This document shows, piece by piece, positions 10,008 through 18,342 of a stretch of DNA of 64,000 nucleotides (position 1 is the first letter of the stretch; every line of letters begins with the position of its first letter). A program made the translations under genes and the position numbers. The DNA is from a virus. The notes under the pieces are model-generated. The model was not told where the DNA came from. It saw only the letters and a list, made by a program, of their open reading frames with translations, and did not search any database. The stretch is taken from positions 22,482-86,481 of IMG/VR virus record IMGVR_UViG_3300034198_012226, one strand, 5' to 3'.

Positions 10008-10504
10008 TCGACTACATCGAGAAGGGCGCGGGGCTGCATGAGGCCATTCGCCAAGCTGGCCACTGGCTGCGCCAGGAGAACGGAGAGTGGGTCTCCTCCA
10101 ACGACGAGCTGGTGCAGCTCATCATCAACGACTACTCGCTCGTGCAGGCGCGTGCGCGCAAGTGCGCTGAGGTGACGGCACACGCCAAGGTGTTGCGGGA
10201 CAAGGTCGTGTCCACCATCAGCCCAGGCGAGATGGCGAGCTGGTCGCTGAAGGCCCTGGAGGCGACCAAGTTCAGCGCCAGCGGCAATGCCGCTGACTGC
10301 CCCATGCTGTCGCTGGAGGCCCAGGCCCGCAACATCCCACTTGCCGACCTGGTGGCCAAGGTGCATGGCAACACGCAGAGGTTCAGCATGGCCGAGGCCA
10401 TGATCGGTGGTACCGATGGACGCCACCGTGACACCATTACCGCGCTGGACGACTTCGAGGCCATCAACAACTACGACTTCAGCTCCGGCTGGCCGGTGGT
10501 GTAA
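10004..10504 (+). CDS. Tail fibre assembly-like protein
   Basis: SP.EMASW..K..EA...CP.L..EA.AR pattern; ends YDFSSGWP. Confidence 0.6.
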   Translation: MIDYIEKGAGLHEAIRQAGHWLRQENGEWVSSNDELVQLIINDYSLVQARARKCAEVTAHAKVLRDKVVSTISPGEMASWSLKALEATKFSASGNAADCPMLSLEAQARNIPLADLVAKVHGNTQRFSMAEAMIGGTDGRHRDTITALDDFEAINNYDFSSGWPVV

Positions 10505-10798
10505 GTGAGCTTCGGACGGTCGTCATTCGGCAGCATCCCATTTGGCCTCAATGCCTATGTGGTGGAGCAGCCGCCCCTGGAGGGTGGCCACCGCGCCATC
10601 ATTCTGATGGGCGGCGTGCTGCACCAGATTCCCGACGACCAGATCGGCCTGGGATGGGAACCCGTCACCTTGTGGCGTGGCCAGCTCGTGGAGTATGACC
10701 TGACCAAGTTCCTCCAGGCCGGGGAGCTTGGCATCCCGCTGATCTTCCTGGACGGCAGGCTCCAGACCTTGCCTGAAGGCGAGAACCTGATTCTCTGA
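10505..10798 (+). CDS. Hypothetical protein
   Basis: Abuts the upstream gene; phage-like codon usage. Confidence 0.55.
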   Translation: MSFGRSSFGSIPFGLNAYVVEQPPLEGGHRAIILMGGVLHQIPDDQIGLGWEPVTLWRGQLVEYDLTKFLQAGELGIPLIFLDGRLQTLPEGENLIL

Positions 10799-10828
10799 TT
10801 GCCAGACGAGTTTCCGTGTGGATATAAT
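10799..10828 (+). promoter_or_regulatory. Sigma70-like promoter with inverted GGAAACTCGTC in the spacer
   Basis: TTGCCA-N18-TATAAT; GGAG RBS downstream. Confidence 0.55.
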
Positions 10829-10851
10829 GGCTCCAATTTCTGGAGAGCAAC

Positions 10852-11394
10852 ATGGACAAGAACGACGTTTTGGATTTTGCGAAGAAGGCCATCCCCTGGA
10901 TCGGGGCGGCGGCTACCGGCAATGTGCCGGTGCTGGTCGCAATGGCTTCGCAGGCAGTCAGCGATGCGCTCGGCGTCAAGGTCGAGGCTACACCGACTGC
11001 AATCGCGGAAGCAGTGGCAGGCGCGACACCTGAACAGATGATCGCGCTGAAGGCGGCAGAGAACGACTTCGCGCTGAAGATGCGCGAACTCAACTACAAG
11101 GAAGTGACCGAGCTGTACGCTTCAGAGGTGGCCGACCGCAATGGTGCGCGGGAGCGCGAGGCGAAGGTCAACGACCACACCAACCGCAACCTGGCGTACC
11201 TGGTCATCGGTGCGTTCATCGCCATGGTGGCCTGCACCCTGATGGGCTGGACGAAGGCCGAGTCGGTCATGGCGGGCACGCTGATCGGCTACCTGTCGGC
11301 GAAGGCCGAACAGGTGCTGTCGTACTACTTCGGCAGCACGCGAGGCAGCTCGCGGAAGACGGAATTGCTGGCGTCGAAGACGCCGACAAAATAG
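10852..11394 (+). CDS. Holin-like membrane protein (3TM/GTA holin-like)
   Basis: DR..AR.RE, two transmembrane helices, V.SYYFGS.RGS..K. Confidence 0.7.
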   Translation: MDKNDVLDFAKKAIPWIGAAATGNVPVLVAMASQAVSDALGVKVEATPTAIAEAVAGATPEQMIALKAAENDFALKMRELNYKEVTELYASEVADRNGAREREAKVNDHTNRNLAYLVIGAFIAMVACTLMGWTKAESVMAGTLIGYLSAKAEQVLSYYFGSTRGSSRKTELLASKTPTK

Positions 11395-11433
11395 GGATTG
11401 CAACTCAGGAGGAGGTGATTCTCTATCTAGGTC

Positions 11434-11454
11434 GAGGCCCCGTAAGGGGCCTTT
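11434..11454. terminator. Terminator between convergent late and replication units
   Basis: GAGGCCCC-GTAA-GGGGCCTTT hairpin. Confidence 0.75.
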
Positions 11455-12006
11455 ACCTTATGGTGAAGCTATTCCGCTTCGCTCGGTTTGCTACCTGGGT
11501 CAAGACCTGGAAGTTATTCCACACACATGAAGTCCGCAGACGAGGTCTCCACGAAGTGGTATGACATGATCCACCTCCCAGGGTTCGCCAGTCAGCACCT
11601 CAAGCCGAATAGCTAGGTCACAGGCTTCGTAGAATACAAGGTCAGTCAACTCGGACGACCAAGGCATCACGGCCCGCTTCCTGGCGGCTCGCCGCTTGGA
11701 GCTATACCTGCGAACAGCGTCGGGATTTTCCCGCTTATATCGCCTACAGGTCTCACGGTGGGCTTCCTTCTGCTCGACCGTTGCAGACGACTTGTACCTG
11801 TTCCGGATAGCCGCTGACTTCTCTGGGTTCTCCTGTGCCCAACGAACCCTGCGGGCGGTCTCATGAACCTTATTTTCCTGGGCCTTGGCAGACCGGCGAA
11901 GCCTGGCGCAAGGTTTGCAGGCACTGCTATACCCACTGCTCTGGCTCTTGTCCACGTAGAACGACTCGAAGGGTAGAACCTGCTTGCAGGCATAGCAGTT
12001 TTTCAC
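11453..12006 (-). pseudogene. HNH homing endonuclease with a 2-nt frameshift near the C-terminus
   Basis: CxxC zinc knuckles and WEVDHVIPLRG..VCGLHV; the expected continuation WNNFQVLTQVANRAKRNSF lies in another frame after CATGTGTGTGG. Confidence 0.75.
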
Positions 12007-12008
12007 GA

Positions 12009-12209
12009 TTAGCTCGCTTCCTGTGGATCGGTGGGCAGCGGCTCCAATTGATCCGGCCCGTAGATGTGCAGTAGCCCCGCAGGCTCGTCCATCTCGAAGA
12101 CGTACCGCTCAAACCCTTTCAGGGTCGTGAACACGCCGACGATGGTGCCGTGGCACTGGTAACTGCCGCCGACCTTCTGGACGCGGTCTCGATCTTTAAA
12201 CTTAGGCAC
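12009..12209 (-). CDS. DfrB/R67-like (type II DHFR, SH3-fold) protein
   Basis: F..DRV.K.GG...G.IVG..TT....RY..E....G.LHIY...LE aligns by eye with the R67 DHFR core; overlaps the thyA stop. Confidence 0.65.
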   Translation of the reverse strand: MPKFKDRDRVQKVGGSYQCHGTIVGVFTTLKGFERYVFEMDEPAGLLHIYGPDQLEPLPTDPQEAS

Positions 12210-13167
12210 TAGGAATCTCCTTGTTGGTAACGGTTGTGGCCATCGGCACCTTGTCCGACTTGAGCCGGTATGGATTATAGCCGTCCAGGACGATCAGGCT
12301 GTGATCGACAGCGGCCAGGCCATTGGCATCGACACCGTACAAGTCCTGCCCCAGGAACAGATGGGGGAAGGGCTTCTCCTCTTTGGTGACGGCGATGTCG
12401 AGCTGCTCCTGCACGGCATCGAACGCCTTGTTGTAGATGTGAGTGTCGTCCAGGTGGTGCGTCAGCCAGCGCGGTTTCAGGCCGGTCGCCGCCGCCACCA
12501 GGTGGAGCAGCAGCGCCGCCCCGGCGATATTCATCGGCACACCCAGGAACATGTCCGACGACCGCTGGTAGAACGACATGTTCAGCTCACCGGCAGCGAC
12601 GTTGACCTGGAAGCGGTATAAGACGTGGCAAGGTGGCAGACACATCTCGGCGAAATGGTCAGGGCGCCAGGCCGAGAGCACGATGCGGCGGCTGTACGGG
12701 TCGTTGCGGATCATGTCCAGGACAACTTGCACCTGGTCGATGCTCTCGTCAACCACCGTGAACAGCGGCTCGTCTGCCGTGTTCTCGTACTCGTGGAGGG
12801 TATGAGCCTCCCAGTGCCTCCACTGGTAACCGTACGCCTTGCCCATGTCGCCAGGGCCTTTGCGGTGCGGGCTGGCCAGCCAGTCGGCATTGCCGTTGGC
12901 GTCCTTCTCCCACCACTTGCAGCCGATGGCAGCGAAGTCGGCGCTGTTGGTGTAGCCGCGCAGGAAGCCGACGATCTCGCCACGGATGCCGGGGAAGTAC
13001 AGCTCTTTCGACCACGGTGCCGGGAAGCCGTTGTTCATGTCGAAGCGCATGATCGAGCCGTAGGGCAAGGTCAGTGCCCACTGGTCGGTGCGGTTGTCCT
13101 GGCGGTAGCCGGTGGCCATGACCTCGCCCAGGAGCATGTGGTATTGGTGCATGGAAGTGTCAAGCAT
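12202..13167 (-). CDS. thyA: Thymidylate synthase
   Basis: YGYQWR, PYSRR, LPPCH, YQRSSDMFLGVPMN and HIY motifs; ATG 13167 with GGAG RBS. Confidence 0.95.
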   Translation of the reverse strand: MLDTSMHQYHMLLGEVMATGYRQDNRTDQWALTLPYGSIMRFDMNNGFPAPWSKELYFPGIRGEIVGFLRGYTNSADFAAIGCKWWEKDANGNADWLASPHRKGPGDMGKAYGYQWRHWEAHTLHEYENTADEPLFTVVDESIDQVQVVLDMIRNDPYSRRIVLSAWRPDHFAEMCLPPCHVLYRFQVNVAAGELNMSFYQRSSDMFLGVPMNIAGAALLLHLVAAATGLKPRWLTHHLDDTHIYNKAFDAVQEQLDIAVTKEEKPFPHLFLGQDLYGVDANGLAAVDHSLIVLDGYNPYRLKSDKVPMATTVTNKEIPSA

Positions 13168-13714
13168 TGAAGTCTCCAGTGAGTGTAGGGAGTTGGATAT
13201 GGGTCCTGGTACCCCGGCAGGAGTTCCAGGTGTTCTTGGTGCCGCCTTCAGCAGGGACGATACCCGAGGCGAACGTGTAGGCAAGCAACTGCTCACACGC
13301 TGCCACCTTGGCGTTGCGGGCGAACATGCCGCTGTGGCCGCGCCGAAGTGGCTCCATCGTGACCGCAGCACCGCCACAGATCGCCGCAACGATGTCCGCG
13401 AAGGTGTTTCGGCTGATGGTCCGGCTGAACCGGATATGGTAGTAGTTCGAGATGGAACCTGCCGAAGGCCCGCCTCCGGCCTCCTCGAACTTGTGGGTGA
13501 ATGGTGCGGGCAGGTGCAGTGCCAGGCGGGAGGCGTGGCCACGCAGGTACAGCTCCACCGCGAGGTGGTCTGCCCAGGCCGCACCGCCCGACACAAGGTG
13601 AGACCCTACAGGGACACGGGCGACGGCGTCAGCCACCATCCAGTCCCAGAGGGCGCGGGTCATCGGCTTGGTCTTGTCGCGGCCAGCCGTCCCGATGATA
13701 GCGATGCGATCCAT
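13160..13714 (-). CDS. SLOG/YspA-like nucleotide-binding protein
   Basis: IAIIGTAGR, LVSGGAAWADH, ARN and GGT motifs. Confidence 0.65.
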   Translation of the reverse strand: MDRIAIIGTAGRDKTKPMTRALWDWMVADAVARVPVGSHLVSGGAAWADHLAVELYLRGHASRLALHLPAPFTHKFEEAGGGPSAGSISNYYHIRFSRTISRNTFADIVAAICGGAAVTMEPLRRGHSGMFARNAKVAACEQLLAYTFASGIVPAEGGTKNTWNSCRGTRTHIQLPTLTGDFNA

Positions 13715-13716
13715 GC

Positions 13717-15822
13717 TTACACCATGATCACGTTGTCGGCCACCGCCTCGGCAGCAGCTTCGTGGGTGACCAGGAGGGTCTGCGGGAAGCCGGCCGATGC
13801 GATGAAGCCCATCAGCGACGCCGTGCGGTCATCGTCGCAAGCCGAGGTGGCCTCGTCCAGGACAAGGAACGAGCAGTCCGGGATGAAGGTCTTGAGCATG
13901 GCCACGCGGATCGAGAAGCCCAGGAGGTCAAGTGCGCTGCCGGACAGGCCCTCTGCCGGACGACCGTTGACCAGGAAGCCCTTGGTGCCCTTGGTCACGA
14001 CCGACTGCTCGCCGCGCATCTGGCTGAACATGACCGAGACCGAGGTCAGCACCACGGCCCACAGCTCGGCGGCGACGACTGGCCGCGCTGCCTTGACCTT
14101 CTTGACCAGCGTGTTGTTGAACTCCAGCTCCCGGCGCTCCTCGCGGCGCTCCTCCAGATCGACCTTGACCTGGGCGAACTGGCGCTCGGCGATCCGGAAC
14201 TCGGCCAGGCCACGGGCCTTGACGGTTTCCAGGGCCTGGAGTTCTTCACGGCCCTCGCGCAGTGCCGTGCGCAGCTCGACCACCTTCGTGTCAGCCATCG
14301 CCTTGGCGTGCTGGAGTTCGGCGAGATCGACCGGCACCGGCACCGCCGCCTTCAGTTGCGAGACCAGCAGCTCGTCCGAGGCGATGGCTTCGTCAGCGAC
14401 AGCCAGGCGGGCAACAGCGGCCTGCTTCTTCACCAGCGCGGCCTTCAGCTCGGCGAGCTGGCGGGCCATCTCGGTCGTCGGTGCCGGTGCCGATGGCGCT
14501 GCACCCTTCCAGGTGATGCGCGGCGGGACGTACTGCTCGTCCACCTCGACGTACTGGGCGTGGCGCTGGAGGAACGCATTGAACGGCGCGGCGCTGGCCA
14601 GGACGGCTTCCAAGTCCTTCAGCTCCTCGGCAGCTTCGGTGCCCTGGGCCACCAGGGTGGCACGCTCGGCGGTCATGGTAGCGATGCTGGCGTCCAGCTC
14701 GGCGTTCTTCTTGGCCACGTCAGGGAACTGGGACAAGTCCTGCTGGCAGAAGCCACAGATGGACGAGGTCGTCTTCTGGGACTCAGCCACCTTGATCTTC
14801 GTGTTCAGGTCGCTGACCTTCTCGCGCAGCTCCTGCACCTTGGCACGGCTGGAAGCGATTGCAGCCTCCAGGGAGGGCTTGCCTTCGTCCCACTCGACTT
14901 CCACCGTGGGCAGCTTAGAAAACGCCGTGTGGGCCGATCTGCGGGCTTCCTGGGCCTGTTCGTCACGGATGCCTTCCTCCAGCAGCGGGATGCGGCGCTC
15001 ATCCACCTCGACGGCAGCAGTGACGGCGTCCTGGTCACGAGCGTACTTCTTCCGCTCCAGGGCACCCTGCGCGGCCTCCAGGCTGGCCAGGGCACGGGTG
15101 CGAACGTCGGCAGCGGCCTTCTGCTCGGTGTAGTCGTCGTTCGCCTTCTTCGCCACCTCCTCGGCCATGGTCAAGGTGCGTTGCAGGCCCTGGTCGGCGT
15201 GCGACAGGGCGCTGATCTTCGCATCGACCTCGGTCGTATCGGGTGGCGTCGGGCCACCGGCTTCGAGCTTGGCTTCCAGGTCGCTGACTTCGTTGTCCAG
15301 CTTCGTGGTCGGGCCGGTGGTCAGGCGCTCGTTGAAGGCGTCCATCAGGCGGTCGAACAAGTCCATGCCCGACATGTCTTCGATGTACTGGGAGATCGCC
15401 GTGGGGCCAGCCTGCAAGGCACCGCGGAGTTCACCTTGCGGGGCGAACATCAGCTTCATCGCGGTCTGGGCATCGGCACCCAGGAGGGCCGAGGCGAACT
15501 TGCTGACCTCGTCCTGGCCGGTGACGGTGCCGCCGTCGTGCAGGCACTCGGCACCGTTCTTGTGCCGGGTGAAGCTGTACATGCTGTCGCCCTTCTTCAT
15601 CACCAGGGTGACCTTGGCCTCCTTCTCGGCCAGGCCGTAGGTGACCATCTCGGCCAGCGGCAGCGGCATCGCCTTGATGCCCCACAGGGCGTAGGCGATG
15701 GCCAGCAGCAGGGAGGTTTTGCCGCCCTCGTTCGGGCCGCGCACAGCGTTCAGGCCATTGGAAAACACGATGGTGCGGTCAACGTGTTTGCGCCAGTTCT
15801 TCATGTGGAGGGAGATCAGCAT
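13717..15822 (-). CDS. SbcC/Rad50-like ATPase
   Basis: GPNEGGKT Walker A, coiled coil, CGFC zinc hook, LSGS signature, LVLDE Walker B. Confidence 0.9.
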   Translation of the reverse strand: MLISLHMKNWRKHVDRTIVFSNGLNAVRGPNEGGKTSLLLAIAYALWGIKAMPLPLAEMVTYGLAEKEAKVTLVMKKGDSMYSFTRHKNGAECLHDGGTVTGQDEVSKFASALLGADAQTAMKLMFAPQGELRGALQAGPTAISQYIEDMSGMDLFDRLMDAFNERLTTGPTTKLDNEVSDLEAKLEAGGPTPPDTTEVDAKISALSHADQGLQRTLTMAEEVAKKANDDYTEQKAAADVRTRALASLEAAQGALERKKYARDQDAVTAAVEVDERRIPLLEEGIRDEQAQEARRSAHTAFSKLPTVEVEWDEGKPSLEAAIASSRAKVQELREKVSDLNTKIKVAESQKTTSSICGFCQQDLSQFPDVAKKNAELDASIATMTAERATLVAQGTEAAEELKDLEAVLASAAPFNAFLQRHAQYVEVDEQYVPPRITWKGAAPSAPAPTTEMARQLAELKAALVKKQAAVARLAVADEAIASDELLVSQLKAAVPVPVDLAELQHAKAMADTKVVELRTALREGREELQALETVKARGLAEFRIAERQFAQVKVDLEERREERRELEFNNTLVKKVKAARPVVAAELWAVVLTSVSVMFSQMRGEQSVVTKGTKGFLVNGRPAEGLSGSALDLLGFSIRVAMLKTFIPDCSFLVLDEATSACDDDRTASLMGFIASAGFPQTLLVTHEAAAEAVADNVIMV

Positions 15823-16949
15823 TTTCCTTCTTCCTTCTTTTCTGCGGGTTCGAGCATTTTGTGGACGACTTCGGCTTCAGGCTTGGTCAGCTTGGCGCAC
15901 AGCGACTTGAGCACGTCCACCTTCTGGAGGCTCTCGATGTTCACCTGGGCCATCTCACTGACACCGGCAATGCCCGACACGTTGACCGAGTTGGTGACGA
16001 TCAGGGCCTTGCTGTTCTGGCGGTAGCGAGCGACAGCGTTCATCACGTCGGCAGCTTCGGCGGCGGTGGCGGTGCCCTCGATCCGGACGAACCTACACTG
16101 GGTAGGGGCAAGGTCCGTCCAGTTCATGACGGCGAAGTCGCCCTCAGCCTGCCAGGTCGGCTCTGGCAGGGCACGGATCGTGACCGTGGTCTGCTCGGTG
16201 CCGAAGTCCTCCTGAGTCTCGATGAAGTGGGCGAACTTCTTGCCGTCCTTCTGGGCCTGGCCATGGGCAAGGCAGTCGGCAATCGAGGTTGGCCACTGGT
16301 TGCCCAGGATGATGACCTGGCCAGCCATGGCGGTGCGGCGCTGGTGCTCGTGGGCGAAGACCAGCGTCCAGCCCGACTTGATCAGGGCACGCGCCCACTC
16401 CTCGCTCACGTTCAGCGAGTGGTCGGATTCGACGGCGAAGTTGTTGTCGAAGTTGGCGTGCAGCAGGAGGAGGCCAGGCTCGGTGACATCCTCCAGGGCG
16501 CGGCGCAGCTCGACATCGAAAGCGTCCTGGTTCAAGCAGTGTGGGATCACCCATACTTTGTGGCCGATCTGCTCCAGACCCTTGTCGCGGACGTTGACCT
16601 GGGCCGGGAAGTTGGCGGTCAGCAGGGCGCACAGCATGGCGAACGAGCTGGTGCGCTGGCTGTTCTTGGCGATGTCGTGGTTGCCCAGGACGAGGTCGAG
16701 GATGCGCTCACGGTCAGCGGAGAGCCAGGCGTGCAGGATCATGTACAGGGCCAGGAGCTGGCCGGAGTCCACGTCGAATGCGTCGAACAGGTCGCCGTTG
16801 ACAATCAGTTCCTTGTACGCCTGGATCAGCTTCTCCAGCTCGTCCAGCAGGTACTGCTGGATCGCGGCGCGGGTGGCGAGGGTGGTGCCGGTGGTACGCA
16901 CGGCACCGATGTGAACGTCGTTCAAGACGAGGGCATTAACTTGGCGCAT
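15816..16949 (-). CDS. SbcD/Mre11-like metallophosphoesterase nuclease
   Basis: DVH, GDLFD, GNHD and AHEH motifs; adjacent to the SbcC-like gene. Confidence 0.9.
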   Translation of the reverse strand: MRQVNALVLNDVHIGAVRTTGTTLATRAAIQQYLLDELEKLIQAYKELIVNGDLFDAFDVDSGQLLALYMILHAWLSADRERILDLVLGNHDIAKNSQRTSSFAMLCALLTANFPAQVNVRDKGLEQIGHKVWVIPHCLNQDAFDVELRRALEDVTEPGLLLLHANFDNNFAVESDHSLNVSEEWARALIKSGWTLVFAHEHQRRTAMAGQVIILGNQWPTSIADCLAHGQAQKDGKKFAHFIETQEDFGTEQTTVTIRALPEPTWQAEGDFAVMNWTDLAPTQCRFVRIEGTATAAEAADVMNAVARYRQNSKALIVTNSVNVSGIAGVSEMAQVNIESLQKVDVLKSLCAKLTKPEAEVVHKMLEPAEKKEEGKC

Positions 16950-17274
16950 TGTCCTTCTCCAGGTAGATTTCGATGTGCTTCTTGATGATGTCGGCGTGGC
17001 AGCGGCGTGGCGCACAGGTGCAGGCCAGGGCAAGGTGCTCGCCCCGGCGCACCCGCTCGACCAGCTCCAGGAACGCGGTCTTGGCGACGTTGTCCTTGTG
17101 GGCCAGGCGGGCGAGCAGCCAGGGTTCGTACCGATCCACCATCATCCCGCGCTGGCTCTCCGTCATGATGCGGAACGGATTACCCAGGGCGGTCGGACGG
17201 CCAACGTACACGGCCACCTCGGGGAGGCGGGCCTGGGTCGTGGCCTTGTTGATGACGCGGACGGTGCCGACCAT
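16936..17274 (-). CDS. DUF4326-family protein
   Basis: VYVGRP..LGNPF and LAC.CAP..CHAD motifs. Confidence 0.8.
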   Translation of the reverse strand: MVGTVRVINKATTQARLPEVAVYVGRPTALGNPFRIMTESQRGMMVDRYEPWLLARLAHKDNVAKTAFLELVERVRRGEHLALACTCAPRRCHADIIKKHIEIYLEKDNAPS

Positions 17275-18227
17275 TACATGTCTTCCTTCGAGCGCAGGCA
17301 CTGGAAGGTCGGGAAGCGCGGCTTGGTGAAGTTGCCGGTGCCCTTGTTGAACACCTTGTACTTGCCGATCTGACCCTTGTAGATCGCGTCGAAATTCTCG
17401 AAGCCGTCCTTGGCTTCCTTCTTCGTCAGCTTACCGGCTGCGACCTTGATCGGTTGCTTGGTCTCCAGGTCGTAGCCGAGGAAGGCACCGATCTCACCGT
17501 TCGGCACCATACCGGCCTTGGCGCTGCTGCGCTCGGTCTGGCCCAGGGAGTTCTTCTTGGCCTCGTTCTGGTTGGTCTCACCCTCCTCGCAGCCGGTGAT
17601 CATGAACTCGCGCTCCTCGAAACGCTTGAAGCGCAGGAAGGACATCTCCTTGGCCGTGGCACGGCCGAACTTGTAGGGTGCCTGCATGGAGCGACCGATC
17701 AGACCCTCGTGACCTTCATCGTCGGCGCGATCCCACAGCGCCAGCAGCTCCTCCTTGTTCTGGACGATGTGCATCTCGGCCATCTCGAAGCGGTCTTCAG
17801 GCGGGAGCGCCGCGACACGGGCCTTGGCCAGGTTGTAGCGGTCGATGTAGGGCAAGGTCGGATCGGTGAAGTCATCGAATACGTAGAAGTGGGCATCCAC
17901 GTCCACGAACTTGCCTTCCTTCGGCTTGTCGCTGCGGCGGGAGAAGCCACCGCTCGACACGCTAATGCAGTTCGTCGCCAGAGGGTCGCCCACGATGCCT
18001 TCGGAATCGAAGCCGAAGTGGCGCGGCTTGTTGAAGCGTTCCTGGAGCACCGGGTTCTTGTGCAAGTCCATGCTGCGCCCGAAGTTGCCGTTGGCGTGCA
18101 GGGTGCGGACGCCGTCGTACTTGATGAACATGGCCATCGGGTACGGCAGACTGTCGAGCTGCGATTCGTCAACGTCGCAGGCCAGCATGGGTTTGAATTT
18201 TGGATGGGAGGGGTGAACCAGTTTCAT
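17274..18227 (-). CDS. ATP-dependent DNA ligase
   Basis: PMLA, KYDGVR, DSE, EGLI.R, YKFGR and PRFP motifs. Confidence 0.9.
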   Translation of the reverse strand: MKLVHPSHPKFKPMLACDVDESQLDSLPYPMAMFIKYDGVRTLHANGNFGRSMDLHKNPVLQERFNKPRHFGFDSEGIVGDPLATNCISVSSGGFSRRSDKPKEGKFVDVDAHFYVFDDFTDPTLPYIDRYNLAKARVAALPPEDRFEMAEMHIVQNKEELLALWDRADDEGHEGLIGRSMQAPYKFGRATAKEMSFLRFKRFEEREFMITGCEEGETNQNEAKKNSLGQTERSSAKAGMVPNGEIGAFLGYDLETKQPIKVAAGKLTKKEAKDGFENFDAIYKGQIGKYKVFNKGTGNFTKPRFPTFQCLRSKEDM

Positions 18228-18252
18228 TTTTATGTTCCTTCAGGTTGAATAA

Positions 18253-18274
18253 GAGGCCCCTCGAAAGGGGCCTC
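18253..18274 (-). terminator. Terminator-like hairpin after RNR
   Basis: GAGGCCCC-TCGAAA-GGGGCCTC; TTATT follows on the minus strand. Confidence 0.65.
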
Positions 18275-18342
18275 AGCTACTTCAGTCGTGGAGCATTCCA
18301 CAGATTGATCGGCGGGAGTTTCATCTCCGGCCAGTCAGGCTT

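Noticed and set aside
13168-13596. N-terminal extension of ThyA in the ORF track
   Set aside because: It overlaps the SLOG-like gene; the real start is ATG 13167 with an RBS.
18277-18324. 15-aa ORF MKLPPINLWNAPRLK after nrdJ
   Set aside because: GGAG abuts the ATG with no spacing, and the ORF is too short to support.
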